DNA of 64,000 nucleotides from Marsupella aquatica (lineage: Eukaryota; Plantae; Marchantiophyta). The notes beneath the pieces were generated by a model. That model was not told the origin of the DNA. It ran no database searches and worked only from the letters and a program-made list of their open reading frames with translations. The stretch spans positions 5,594,171-5,658,170 of the forward strand of contig OZ316893.1 in the NCBI GenBank assembly GCA_973895155.1, in the 5' to 3' direction. Shown in pieces: positions 1-9,637 of this stretch. Position 1 is the first letter of the stretch. Every line of letters starts with the position of its first letter. Both the position numbers and the translations under genes were made by a program.

Positions 1-2
1 GG

Positions 3-1316
3 TATACACCTGTCTGTGGGAACTGTGGAAAAGAAGGACACTTACCGGTGGAATGCCCGAATCCGGCTAAGCCTAGGCTGATGGTTCGATTTGCTCAAGA
101 GCCAGTTAAAGAAGCAAGTCGACCTGAAGCCAAGATTCGGATGGTTTATTCTGAAGAGATGGAGCAATGCAGCTTCATTCAACATATGGATGTAAATCGG
201 GTGGAATTAAAGCCAGATTCACTTTTTCATCAACCAGTATCCGGGGTGGTGCCTGATGTCTTGGTAAGTCATTTAGTGAAACCTGAAGTAGTTGGTATGC
301 CGAATGATCGAGTTCAGAATCGGGATAAAGTTCTGACTAATATTTACGCAACTACTCGTTCGAAGAAAAAGGAGACCAAGAAGCACGAGCATCAGAAGGT
401 CGCGAAAGCTCCCAAGGATGAAGGGCGCAAGCCATGTAAGGAAGGCCTCGACAAAGAAGACGACCCTGCTTATGACCGATATGACCCAAAATACTTCTTG
501 CCCGACATCTCTTTGGAGGTGAAAGACCATCTGGAAGAGCTAGTTAAGGAGCAAGTGCAATCTCCTAACCCACCAGTAGTAGTCAAAGCTAAAGAGCCAC
601 TGAAAAATCCAGGTTATGATATTGTTGAAGATGTCAAGAATCATCCTGCACATATCACCATTGGGGAATTATTACAGGACAATCCGGTTTATAGGCGACA
701 GCTGAGGAGCCTCCTTGCAGGAAAACGGAGGAAGAAGAAGTTACCTTCTGTGGATGTGCTACGAACAGAGTGGGAGGACAAAGGACCGATGGAAATTGAG
801 GTTCAAATCCAGGGGTGTGTCATTCGGAGAGTTCCTGTGGATGGAGGAGCCAACGTTAATCTGATTACACAGTCAGCAGCATTTAATTTGGGTTTCACTA
901 AGTTTGAGCCCACTCCCAAGATTTTGCGCATGGCGGATCAGTCTCGTGTGGTACCCATAGGGAAGCTGACCAAAGTAGAAACTTTGATTGCTGGTGTCCC
1001 TTTTCTGTTGGATTATGTGGTTATTAATCCGGAAATACCATCCAGCTTTCCTGTTTTGTTAGGCCGACCATGGTTGTATAAGGCTCAAGTTCAGGTTAAT
1101 TGGCAATCTCAAGAGCTTTCATTTGGGAAGCCTAAGGTGACTGTTAGTTGGGTTCCGGAACCACATTTTGGAGAAACACAAACAGATGATGGGTACACCT
1201 CGGATTTTTCGACCTCTTCGCTAGTCCTGCAGCCATTGGAATTTGAACTGGAGGAAGTTCGTTACTTGGAAGTTTATCTGTCTGATGCTCCCATAAAACC
1301 AACTAGGCCCTCCTGA
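3..1316 (+). CDS. gag: Gag C-terminus (zinc knuckle) plus aspartic protease, 5'-truncated by window edge
   Basis: Frame open from nt 3: CGNCGKEGHLPVEC (CX2CX4HX4C); retropepsin motifs VPVDGGANVNLI and VLLGRPWL. Confidence 0.92.
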   Translation, partial: YTPVCGNCGKEGHLPVECPNPAKPRLMVRFAQEPVKEASRPEAKIRMVYSEEMEQCSFIQHMDVNRVELKPDSLFHQPVSGVVPDVLVSHLVKPEVVGMPNDRVQNRDKVLTNIYATTRSKKKETKKHEHQKVAKAPKDEGRKPCKEGLDKEDDPAYDRYDPKYFLPDISLEVKDHLEELVKEQVQSPNPPVVVKAKEPLKNPGYDIVEDVKNHPAHITIGELLQDNPVYRRQLRSLLAGKRRKKKLPSVDVLRTEWEDKGPMEIEVQIQGCVIRRVPVDGGANVNLITQSAAFNLGFTKFEPTPKILRMADQSRVVPIGKLTKVETLIAGVPFLLDYVVINPEIPSSFPVLLGRPWLYKAQVQVNWQSQELSFGKPKVTVSWVPEPHFGETQTDDGYTSDFSTSSLVLQPLEFELEEVRYLEVYLSDAPIKPTRPS

Positions 1317-4289
1317 CAATTAACTTCATCATCGGAAGTGGGCCCAGCAGCAGACGAACCTCCTAATACTGAGGCTAATAGGGATTTACACCATGATATG
1401 GGAGTGTCAGCTACCCTTGAGCCATTTGCACCAGAAGTATCCAAACTTGGACTTCAGCCGGCAAACCTCATGGATGGAATTGTGGATCCAAAAGCTTGTC
1501 AGAAAATCGAAATTGAGCCAGGCAAGTTTTTGAATATTGGTAAGCATATCGAAGGAGAGCTACGGGAACAGTATATCAGTTTATTAACCCAGTATAAAGA
1601 TGTCTTTGCCTGGAGTCATTCTGATTTAAAAGGTATCCATCCACATTTGGGCGAACATCGTATTGACCTTATGGAAGGAGCAGTACCTGTCCGACAGAGA
1701 CAGTACCGTTTGAATCCCAAATATTCCATCCTGGTTAAAGACGAGTTGGACAAGCTCACGACTGCTGGATTTATCTACCCGGTCTTGAGTAGTGAATGGG
1801 TCTCACCAATTGTCATTGTCCCCAAAAAGCCGGGACCCGATGGTAAAACGAAAATTCGCGTTTGTCAAGACTTCCGGAAGTTGAATGCTGCCACTCGGAA
1901 AGATCATTATCCTTTGCCATTTATTGATCTGGTACTTGATTCAGTGGCCTTGCATGAGTTATACAGTTTTTTAGATGGGTACTCTGGTTATAACCAGGTG
2001 TCCATTCGGAAGGAGGATCGCGACAAGACTACGTTCACCACCGACTGGGGTACATATGCATTTACCATGATGCCTTTTGGGCTGTGTAATGCCCCGGGTA
2101 CTTTTCAGCGCATTATGATGATTATTTTTCAAGAATATTTGCGGCATTTCATGGAGATTTTTATTGACGACTTTTGTGTTTACGGGTCAGCGGCTGAACA
2201 CCTCGTCCATTTGGAGAAGACATTTCAGAAGTGTAGAGAGGCTCAGTTGTGTCTTCATCCAGAAAAGTGCTTTATTGGTATGAAGGAGGGAATTTTGTTA
2301 GGCCATGTTATTTCACAACGCGGCATTGAGGTTGATACAGAGAAGGTTAGAGTAATTATGGAGTTGCAACCACCGACCGATTTAAAGCAGCTTCGTGCTT
2401 TTCTGGGACATGTGGGGTATTATCGTCGGTTCATTTATAAACATGCTAATATTGCCTTACCCTTAACCCAACTGTTAAAAAGTGATGTGGAATATACATG
2501 GAATGAGGAGCGGCAGCAAGCATTCCAGTTGCTCAAGGATCGGTTAATCTCTGCACCTATTTTGTCACCCCCAGATTGGACTAAGAAGTTTCATGTCTTC
2601 ATTGACTCTTCTGCGTTCTGCATTGGAGCTAATCTCAGTCAGAAGGATGTGGAAAACCGTGACCATCCAATTTACTATGCCAGCCGCCAAATGAGTGCAG
2701 CCGAGAAAAACTACTCCGTCACTGAACGGGAAGCTTTGGCCATCGTCTTTGCGTGTAAGAAATTTCGTCACTATTTGTTGGGGTATCAGGTTACTTTTCA
2801 CACTGATCATAATTCCTTAAAATATTTGGTTAACCAAGTGGATCTCTCAGGACGAGTAGCCCGCTGGGTTTTACTACTCCAAGAATTTGATTATGAAGTT
2901 CATGTCCGACCTGGCAAACATCATGAGAATGCAGACTTCCTATCTCGGTTACCTGGTCCGGAGAATCAGCATAATCTCTCCGATGAATTTCCTGACGAGC
3001 ATTTGTGGCACATTGAAGGGGAGTCTTCTCGATATTTTAATATTGTGCACATGCTGCTTCATGGAACGTTCCCTGAAGGCTTTAATGCGGAAGAACGAGC
3101 TGTCTTTGCTCATAAGGTGGGTCCCTATACCATTATTCGGGGCACTTTGTTTAAACAAGGTCCTGATCAACAATTGCGACGTTGTCTAGAGGATAGGGAA
3201 CTTCCCCAAGTAATTGAAGCTTTACATTCAGGAGAAACCGGTGGGCATTATGCTGTGAATACCACAGTTAAGAAAATTTTGGATGCTGGATACTGGTGGC
3301 CTACTATGCATCGAGATACTTACAATTTTATTAAGACCTGTGATCCCTGTCAAAGGATCGGGAAGCCCACTGCTAGTTCCAAATGGCCTCTTACGCCTAT
3401 CCTTCCGTTGGCACCATTTGAGAAATGGGGGATTGATTTTATTGGCCCAATTTCTCCAGCAGCTCGGAAAAGCCGAAGCAAATATATTATTCTGGCCACT
3501 GATTATGCCACCAAATGGGTAGAGGCGAAAGCTACTCGCAAGAATGATGCTATAACCGCAGCTGCATTTCTCTTTGAGCACATTATCACCCGGTTTGGTT
3601 GTCCTTTGGAGTTGGTAAGCGATAGGGGTTTGCATTTTCTTAACTCAACTATTGAGTTAATCACTGACCTTTATCTTATCAAGCATCGCAAAACTACTCC
3701 TTACAACCCCCGAGCTAATGGCTTAACCGAGAGAGCTAATGGCATTATGGGCAAGATTCTGAATAAAATGGTAGAATCTCACAAGACAGATTGGGATGTG
3801 AAGCTCCATTCTGCATTATGGGCTTACCGCACCGCTGAGAAGATTACAACTCTTCACACCCCCTTCTATCTGACCTATGGCCTGAATAGTATTATTCCAA
3901 TAGAATTTTCGTTACCAACGGAACGTATCTTGGTACCACACCGACTCTCTCCTTCAGATAGTCTCTCACATCGGTTTTCCAATATTGTTAAATTAGAAGA
4001 AGTTAGACTTTTAGCATTAGACCATACAGTCACCATTCAGAACCAGCGTAAACTTGCTTATGATAAGAAGCTGCGCGTAGTGCAGTTAGATGTTGGTGAT
4101 TTAGCATTAGTCTTTGATTCTCGTTATATGCTATTTCCTGGGAAACTTCATACTCATTGGATTGGTCCTTACCGAGTTACACACATCTGGGATAATGGTT
4201 CAGTTTCATTGACTACCTTAGATGGTCACCCACTTAACACTAGAATCAATGGGTTTAGGATTAAACGGTACTATGAGTCTTCCATTTAG
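1317..4289 (+). CDS. pol: Pol: reverse transcriptase, RNase H, integrase
   Basis: RT motifs LDGYSGYNQV, MPFGLCNAP, FIDD; RNase H FIDSS...EREALA...TDH...ADFLSR; integrase HHCC (H..GGH...CDPCQ), WGIDF, SDRG, NGLTER, WIGPY; in frame with upstream ORF across one TGA. Confidence 0.97.
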   Translation, partial: QLTSSSEVGPAADEPPNTEANRDLHHDMGVSATLEPFAPEVSKLGLQPANLMDGIVDPKACQKIEIEPGKFLNIGKHIEGELREQYISLLTQYKDVFAWSHSDLKGIHPHLGEHRIDLMEGAVPVRQRQYRLNPKYSILVKDELDKLTTAGFIYPVLSSEWVSPIVIVPKKPGPDGKTKIRVCQDFRKLNAATRKDHYPLPFIDLVLDSVALHELYSFLDGYSGYNQVSIRKEDRDKTTFTTDWGTYAFTMMPFGLCNAPGTFQRIMMIIFQEYLRHFMEIFIDDFCVYGSAAEHLVHLEKTFQKCREAQLCLHPEKCFIGMKEGILLGHVISQRGIEVDTEKVRVIMELQPPTDLKQLRAFLGHVGYYRRFIYKHANIALPLTQLLKSDVEYTWNEERQQAFQLLKDRLISAPILSPPDWTKKFHVFIDSSAFCIGANLSQKDVENRDHPIYYASRQMSAAEKNYSVTEREALAIVFACKKFRHYLLGYQVTFHTDHNSLKYLVNQVDLSGRVARWVLLLQEFDYEVHVRPGKHHENADFLSRLPGPENQHNLSDEFPDEHLWHIEGESSRYFNIVHMLLHGTFPEGFNAEERAVFAHKVGPYTIIRGTLFKQGPDQQLRRCLEDRELPQVIEALHSGETGGHYAVNTTVKKILDAGYWWPTMHRDTYNFIKTCDPCQRIGKPTASSKWPLTPILPLAPFEKWGIDFIGPISPAARKSRSKYIILATDYATKWVEAKATRKNDAITAAAFLFEHIITRFGCPLELVSDRGLHFLNSTIELITDLYLIKHRKTTPYNPRANGLTERANGIMGKILNKMVESHKTDWDVKLHSALWAYRTAEKITTLHTPFYLTYGLNSIIPIEFSLPTERILVPHRLSPSDSLSHRFSNIVKLEEVRLLALDHTVTIQNQRKLAYDKKLRVVQLDVGDLALVFDSRYMLFPGKLHTHWIGPYRVTHIWDNGSVSLTTLDGHPLNTRINGFRIKRYYESSI

Positions 4290-4311
4290 AATTCCACCTG
4301 GGACAGGTTGC

Positions 4312-4327
4312 AATTTAAGTGGAGGGC
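4312..4327 (+). promoter_or_regulatory. Internal copy of the polypurine tract directly after pol
   Basis: AATTTAAGTGGAGGGC, identical to 7795-7810 but not followed by TG. Confidence 0.7.
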
Positions 4328-4419
4328 GGTAGTTATACTTAGTTAGAATTAGTGACCCTCCCTAGTAAGTATTCGGCATATTTTTTTAATTTTTTTTAGT
4401 TACTTTCAGTTTTCACATT

Positions 4420-4600
4420 GGACGCTGTGAAAAGCGTCCATTGTAACTCGACGCTGGGGAAGCGTCCACTTAGTTTACAAAGGACGTTGTGCAGAGGTCC
4501 GCTTTTGTATTAGTTCAGTTGCATGAGACGCTGTGAGCCGATGACTAGGCATCTTGTACAATGGCGGATTGCGACAGCTCAACGGGACGCTGAGGAGTAA
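4420..4600 (+). repeat. GACGCT-spacer-AGCGTC palindromic repeats upstream of accessory ORF
   Basis: GACGCTGTGAAAAGCGTCC (~4421), GACGCTGGGGAAGCGTCC (~4450) and half-copies; same family as 7980-8220. Confidence 0.75.
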
Positions 4601-4672
4601 GCAGTCGCGCTTCGCCCTAGTTCACTATGGAACACGATTCTCACTGAGCTTACGGAGCTAACAAGTCACGCG

Positions 4673-7246
4673 ATGGCGGAGACTGAGCTGACGACGCGAC
4701 CAATACTCGCAGACATTCCATCGAATGCAGTGCATAGGCGGCAGTTGAAGACGGCTCTGGCAAAAATGGGCTTGAAGAAGCTGCTTCAACTTCCTTGGAA
4801 GATTTGCGAATTCAGCCTTATCGATCAAGGTGTCTGGGACGCTGAAGAAAGGATTGGTGTGCGCTCGCGTCCCAGTGTTTGGACTGAAGCGCTCATAGCG
4901 AAGGTCTATTCGACGCCGATGGAGGGCGAGGATTTACAGAGGGTTGATTGTGAGCCTCGGGTTTATGTAGAATCCTTCTTCGCTCCAGGATCTTTCAAGA
5001 GGCGGAATGGATGGCTAGCGGCGGACTGCTTAGATAATTCTCTGCAGCGTCTATTTCGATTTCTGGCACCAATTTTCTACCCAGAAAGCCAGACGCGCAT
5101 CACTCTTTCGTTCGCTGCAACGGTGATCTGTTCATTAGAACAGACGCAGTCTATCAATTGGACGAAGGTTTTGCACCGAGTAATTCATACTCAGGTCAAA
5201 AATTTTTGTAGCAGGCTGAAAACGGGGAAAATAAGGTGTACCTACTTGGCCCCTTATTTAGCTCACATTTACCATAAGTATGACTGTCTGCTTGTCTTGG
5301 AAAAAGATTTTTATCGCAACAATCAGAGAGCATCTACCGGTGAAGCAAATTATATGCCTGAAGTACGAGAAGTCCGAGCCAATTCCACAGTGGTAGAGCT
5401 ATGTGCAATACTCGACTGTGAGGAACCTGAACTGGTGGGTGAAGTTCGGAAATTGAAAGAGACAAGAGCATCAGCTGAAGGGAGTGACGATCCGATTCTT
5501 CACCAACCAAGAGAGGCTCAAGTTGCCGAAGATGTTCCTTCAGCAATGCCAACAGGGTTGGAGCATTCTATGTCACCTCGACTCTCGTGTTCACCTTGTG
5601 CTGCCGAGCCTATTTATGATGTTGATCAGGATAATTCTGCTTCTCGGATGAATGTTGAAGATGAGGTGAGGGTGGATGAAGAAGGTTTTTCAGGGGAACC
5701 TCTTCAACATTCTACTGCTGAGGACGAGTATGATGGATTTACTTCTACCCCTGTTTTGGTTCCCATAGAGGCAAATAGTGATGCTTTGCAGGCTTTACAG
5801 GAGTATGATTCGTCCGACTCTCTTAGTTCTAGCCCAAATATAGGTGAAATCCCTCTGGTCCAGGAGTCAGAAATATTAAGCTCAGAAATTGTGAAGCTGG
5901 TTAAAGTTGATTCGGAGGATGCAATTGTGGATATAGACGAAGTAGGTGAACCAGTGACTTCTCCCCAATCTGTCGCAAGATACCCTGCCTGGTCTACACC
6001 TGGTTCACTCATATCGATTCCTTTGGATATAACTAAGGAATTAGATGAGGCAATAGCCGCGATAGGAGCTCCTTCATTTCCGCCTGTAAAATGGGTTTCT
6101 CCTGAAGATGAGTTGATTGAAGGAGGCTCTGCTGGTTTTCCGAGTCGCAATCAGGTATCTGGTAATATGGGTATATCTGTACCCATATTGGTACCCAAGA
6201 CACCCGCTTCGACAACCAGCTCAGCACCAGTTTCATTGGCTACAAACGAGGATAAAAACATTCGGGAGGAGTTTTCAGTGACGTATACTCGAAAATCTTG
6301 GAAACGGTTGCGCCATGCTATCAGTCGACAGATCTTTCCTGAAGCATCTTCCCAGGATTTTGAACAGGGAGAAGCACCTATCGGAACAGACGAGCTACCC
6401 CTTCCTGTACTTTTGACAGATCGAACTAACCAGGAAGTCTCTTTACCTAGCGATAATTTTAAAGAAGAACTTCCTGTTTTAGTACCAATGCATCCCATTG
6501 CAGATCAACCAGCTACTGTTGCAAGAGAAGAATTTGAACCACTGGAGCCCGAACCTTCTGCTCCTTCGTCTCCTGTTACATTGCCAATTCGACCAGTTAA
6601 GGAGTCAGTGATTCCTTCCGCTATGCCAGATGTAATTTTCCGTTGGATAGGAGCACCAAGTGATGGAGAAGAAGACGAAGACCCTCGCATTATCAGAGTA
6701 CCTCCTCGACTTCGGCATACAGTGGATTTGCCACCCCGAAATCCTATCCCTAATTTGGCTTCAATTCACAGGTGGGAGAAGAAACATTTTCGAGTAGCTT
6801 TTCGACATCTGGAGATGGAGAGCATTTTGCAGCAGCAGCAGATTTTGCCAATGACATCCCATCCGAGGATTCGTAGTTTGATTCGCACATATGAACCTGG
6901 GAAGGCGGTTCCTCCCATTGATAAGGACAGACGACATAAGTTTTCGGAGTTCGAAATTTGGTGTTGGGTGTATATGCTTCGACGAGCTCAAGCTCCATTT
7001 CCGCCCCTTGTGCCGGAAATTCCATGGCCCTATCCATACTATGTTTGGGTTTGTCCTGGTGGGTTTGCTATTCCAATTAAATATGAGAAGAAGCTTGTTA
7101 AGCTAAGGGAGCAGTTGATTACAAAACAATGTATGCTACCGGCTTCCCAAGGGTTCAAGTCGCTTAGGTGTTTAGCGTTCCTACCTATTATTCCTTCTTA
7201 TCCGGATGTGATTATTCAAGGTGTTTTATCTAGGACACAGATTTGA
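4673..7246 (+). CDS. Retrotransposon 3' accessory ORF (857 aa), env-position protein of unknown function
   Basis: Long uninterrupted ORF between pol and PPT; N-terminal ~210 aa aligns by eye with ORF 26359-28755 (GL..LL..PW, R.RPS.WT, NGW...C, FL.PI..P, NW, YL...Y...DCL); acidic/Pro-rich middle. Confidence 0.85.
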   Translation: MAETELTTRPILADIPSNAVHRRQLKTALAKMGLKKLLQLPWKICEFSLIDQGVWDAEERIGVRSRPSVWTEALIAKVYSTPMEGEDLQRVDCEPRVYVESFFAPGSFKRRNGWLAADCLDNSLQRLFRFLAPIFYPESQTRITLSFAATVICSLEQTQSINWTKVLHRVIHTQVKNFCSRLKTGKIRCTYLAPYLAHIYHKYDCLLVLEKDFYRNNQRASTGEANYMPEVREVRANSTVVELCAILDCEEPELVGEVRKLKETRASAEGSDDPILHQPREAQVAEDVPSAMPTGLEHSMSPRLSCSPCAAEPIYDVDQDNSASRMNVEDEVRVDEEGFSGEPLQHSTAEDEYDGFTSTPVLVPIEANSDALQALQEYDSSDSLSSSPNIGEIPLVQESEILSSEIVKLVKVDSEDAIVDIDEVGEPVTSPQSVARYPAWSTPGSLISIPLDITKELDEAIAAIGAPSFPPVKWVSPEDELIEGGSAGFPSRNQVSGNMGISVPILVPKTPASTTSSAPVSLATNEDKNIREEFSVTYTRKSWKRLRHAISRQIFPEASSQDFEQGEAPIGTDELPLPVLLTDRTNQEVSLPSDNFKEELPVLVPMHPIADQPATVAREEFEPLEPEPSAPSSPVTLPIRPVKESVIPSAMPDVIFRWIGAPSDGEEDEDPRIIRVPPRLRHTVDLPPRNPIPNLASIHRWEKKHFRVAFRHLEMESILQQQQILPMTSHPRIRSLIRTYEPGKAVPPIDKDRRHKFSEFEIWCWVYMLRRAQAPFPPLVPEIPWPYPYYVWVCPGGFAIPIKYEKKLVKLREQLITKQCMLPASQGFKSLRCLAFLPIIPSYPDVIIQGVLSRTQI

Positions 7247-7258
7247 AGGACACCATTT

Positions 7259-7735
7259 ATGAGAGATATCAAACGGTGTTGTCATTTATATGTATATAAG
7301 CCGTTACTTTTGCAGCATCCTGCAATTGTTTCCTTCTTTCTCCTTCGAATTGATATTTATCTGCTCATGTGGGACATCAAAGCTACTATGGATTGTTGGA
7401 ATTCTTTACCCCGTGCTTTCCAACATTCCTTTGAAGGCAAGATCAAACTGGGAGGACATGCTATTCAACACTTTGTTATTGATCCAGGCTCTCGAATTAA
7501 TTTCCTCTCCCACAGACTGTGCCAGCAATTTGTTCATCAAGAAGTACAACCGATATCTGCTCAGATATCAATCGATGGACGAATCATTAATCTTTGGGGA
7601 AGAGTTAAAGGAGTCCCAATACAGATCGGAGAAGAATTCCATGACCTCGATTTTTATATTCTGGATTCGGATATCTCCCAACTCCCGTCAATGATTTTGA
7701 GCACTACTTGGATTATTAAGCCAGAATATTATTAA
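7259..7735 (+). CDS. Second retropepsin-like (aspartic protease fold) domain, probably degenerate
   Basis: FVIDPGSRINFLS, GRVKGVPIQIG, LDFYILD, MILSTTWI resemble D-S/T-G...ILG.PWL; same frame as 4673-7246 after one TGA. Confidence 0.65.
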   Translation: MRDIKRCCHLYVYKPLLLQHPAIVSFFLLRIDIYLLMWDIKATMDCWNSLPRAFQHSFEGKIKLGGHAIQHFVIDPGSRINFLSHRLCQQFVHQEVQPISAQISIDGRIINLWGRVKGVPIQIGEEFHDLDFYILDSDISQLPSMILSTTWIIKPEYY

Positions 7736-7794
7736 TGAAGAACATGTCACTCGCTTCTGATTCAATTCGGTCATGTCTTGTGGGGACACGGCGA

Positions 7795-7812
7795 AATTTA
7801 AGTGGAGGGCTA
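7795..7812 (+). promoter_or_regulatory. Polypurine tract of element 1
   Basis: AATTTAAGTGGAGGGCTA immediately before TGTGG; context resembles the PPT of element 2 (GAGGAGAGGGCTA-TGTAG). Confidence 0.8.
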
Positions 7813-9190
7813 TGTGGTATGGGTGTCCCTGCAATTTTTTCTGGAAACTTGTTTATTTTTAGCATATCACAAGATTTACTTACACTTTAGACACCTTCCG
7901 GCCAACATTTACTTGTTCTGGACACTTATAGAAATATTTGACATCTCCGGCTTTCCTGACGATTCCTAGTGTACTTTGCCCGACGCTGTGACCAGCACCC
8001 GTTTCTTTTACTCAAGACGCTGCGGAAGCGTCCAACCTCCTCATGACGCTTTTGGCAGTGCCCGACCGCCACCAAGACTCTATGAGGATTTCGACCGACG
8101 CTGTGGAAAGCGTCAGCTTCAACACACGACGCTGTGAGCAGCGTCCACCCTAGTATTGACGCTGTGAGCAGTGTGAGCAGCGTCCGTTGGTTTTACTTAA
8201 GACGCTTCTAGCAGCGTCCGCTCAACACTTAGTTTTTGAAGTAGATTACTAGTAAAGTAGTATTCTACCACCCTTGTTGAAGTACTTATGCTGTGCTTCT
8301 CCCTTGTTTAGTTTTAAGCTTGGAAAGGCACGACTGTTCTTACCTCCTCCATTTTAGGATTCCAGCACTTATAAGACAGAGTAGAATGCTCATTTGAAGT
8401 AGAGAGAAATAGAGTTAATACTGTATTCAGAATTGAGTCTTCTGAATAGTTTTCTCCTCCTTCCATTGTAACAAGGCATGCTGTGAGTGTTTTGTATGGA
8501 AGTAAAGCTATATTGATTGAAGTTAAGATTGAATTCAAGAGATTCCTGTGGTGATTGAATTCAGTTGCAGATTTCTGAAACTCGTATTGAATTCACTGCT
8601 AGGCTTGCTTGCAGAGTCGGGATTCGCTAGCCAATTCAAGAATAGTTAATGATAAATGAGAAGTAAATTCTGATTCTCAGAGTAGTTAGTACTGTTGCTT
8701 TGATTCTGGAATATGGTTTAGAGTTTGACTGAATTGCGTATCGCTGATGTCAAACCATGTTGACGGCATTTTAAATCATATCATTCATTTGCAATCAGAA
8801 AGCTTCTGCTTCATCAGATTGAGAATTCCATTATCATTAACCTTTGTGTTTTGAAGAGTGAGATGGATGAATTATGAGATAGATTTCATGTCTATACTGA
8901 GCCCAAATCCTTTCTGAAGGAGTGGCAGTAGCAGCTTGTAGTCTCTAAATCCTTACTCATTTCTTCTCTAATTCATAAATCAGAAGTTCAGTTACTTTGT
9001 TGTTTGTTTATTCGATTTTTTTATTGAGAAGTGAAGTCAACATAGAGCTCAAGACTCTAAATCACTCGGAGTGATCAAAGTTATACAATTCATTCTGAAA
9101 TCTGTTCTTAAAGGGATCGAAACCCTGGTTTTAGGTGAGGAGAGTCACTTTTGATACTTAGCACTATACGACAGAAGTATCAGCCTTACA
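7813..9190 (+). repeat. 3' LTR of element 1 (~1.4 kb)
   Basis: Starts TGT after PPT, ends TACA; shares TGTTCTTAAAGGGA.CGA about 70-90 nt from its end with the TSD-verified LTR end of element 2; partner LTR not in window. Confidence 0.75.
7980..8220 (+). repeat. Cluster of GACGC-N7/8-GCGTC palindromes in LTR U3
   Basis: Copies at ~8016, 8097, 8128, 8201 plus partial copies at ~7982, 8158. Confidence 0.8.
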
Positions 9191-9435
9191 CAAGATAGAA
9201 TATTCCGTTTGAACATGCACGACCAGATCGCAATGTCGTATAGATCTGCCACCTTCTCAAGAAATTCCATTAAATCAGGCCTTGAATAGATAACCTTGTG
9301 CATCTATCTCACACCCCTTGACCGAATGGGCATCCTAGGGCTGATCTTCTCTGACCAGATAAGTACCCGATTCAGATCAAAAATTACAAGTTTCTTCTGA
9401 ACCGGTGACTTCTTTGCCGATGGATTAGGCGCCAT
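9191..9435 (-). pseudogene. FCP1/NIF-like HAD phosphatase domain, truncated by element 1 insertion
   Basis: Manual translation: KKLVIFDLNRVLIW...YSRPDLMEFLEK, then after a frameshift DLYDIAIWSCM; one internal stop; ends at the LTR. Confidence 0.7.
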
Positions 9436-9637
9436 CTGTACCTGTGATTTTTGTGTCGTAGGGTTTGGAGAACGTACTAGAACGGTCTGTTTGTTTCCCG
9501 CCTCCGGACTGGTGCCTTCGATACTCGATCAGGGGGTTTCGGGATAGGCTTTTGTAAAACATTAAGAAATGAAAATAAGTTTATAATGCGAACGGTCGCG
9601 TGACTACAAAGAGAGACACTGAAATGAAGTGTATTAC

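Larger units (their letters stand above)
1..9190 (+). mobile_element. Ty3/Gypsy LTR retrotransposon (element 1), non-chromovirus type with 3' accessory ORF; 5' end outside window
   Basis: Domain order gag CCHC-PR-RT-RNaseH-INT with no chromodomain; extra ORFs after pol; polypurine tract at 7795-7812 then TG-started LTR-like block ending ...CTTACA at ~9190. Confidence 0.95.

Noticed and set aside
4673-7246. True retroviral envelope gene
   Set aside because: No evident signal peptide or transmembrane anchor; only its position is env-like
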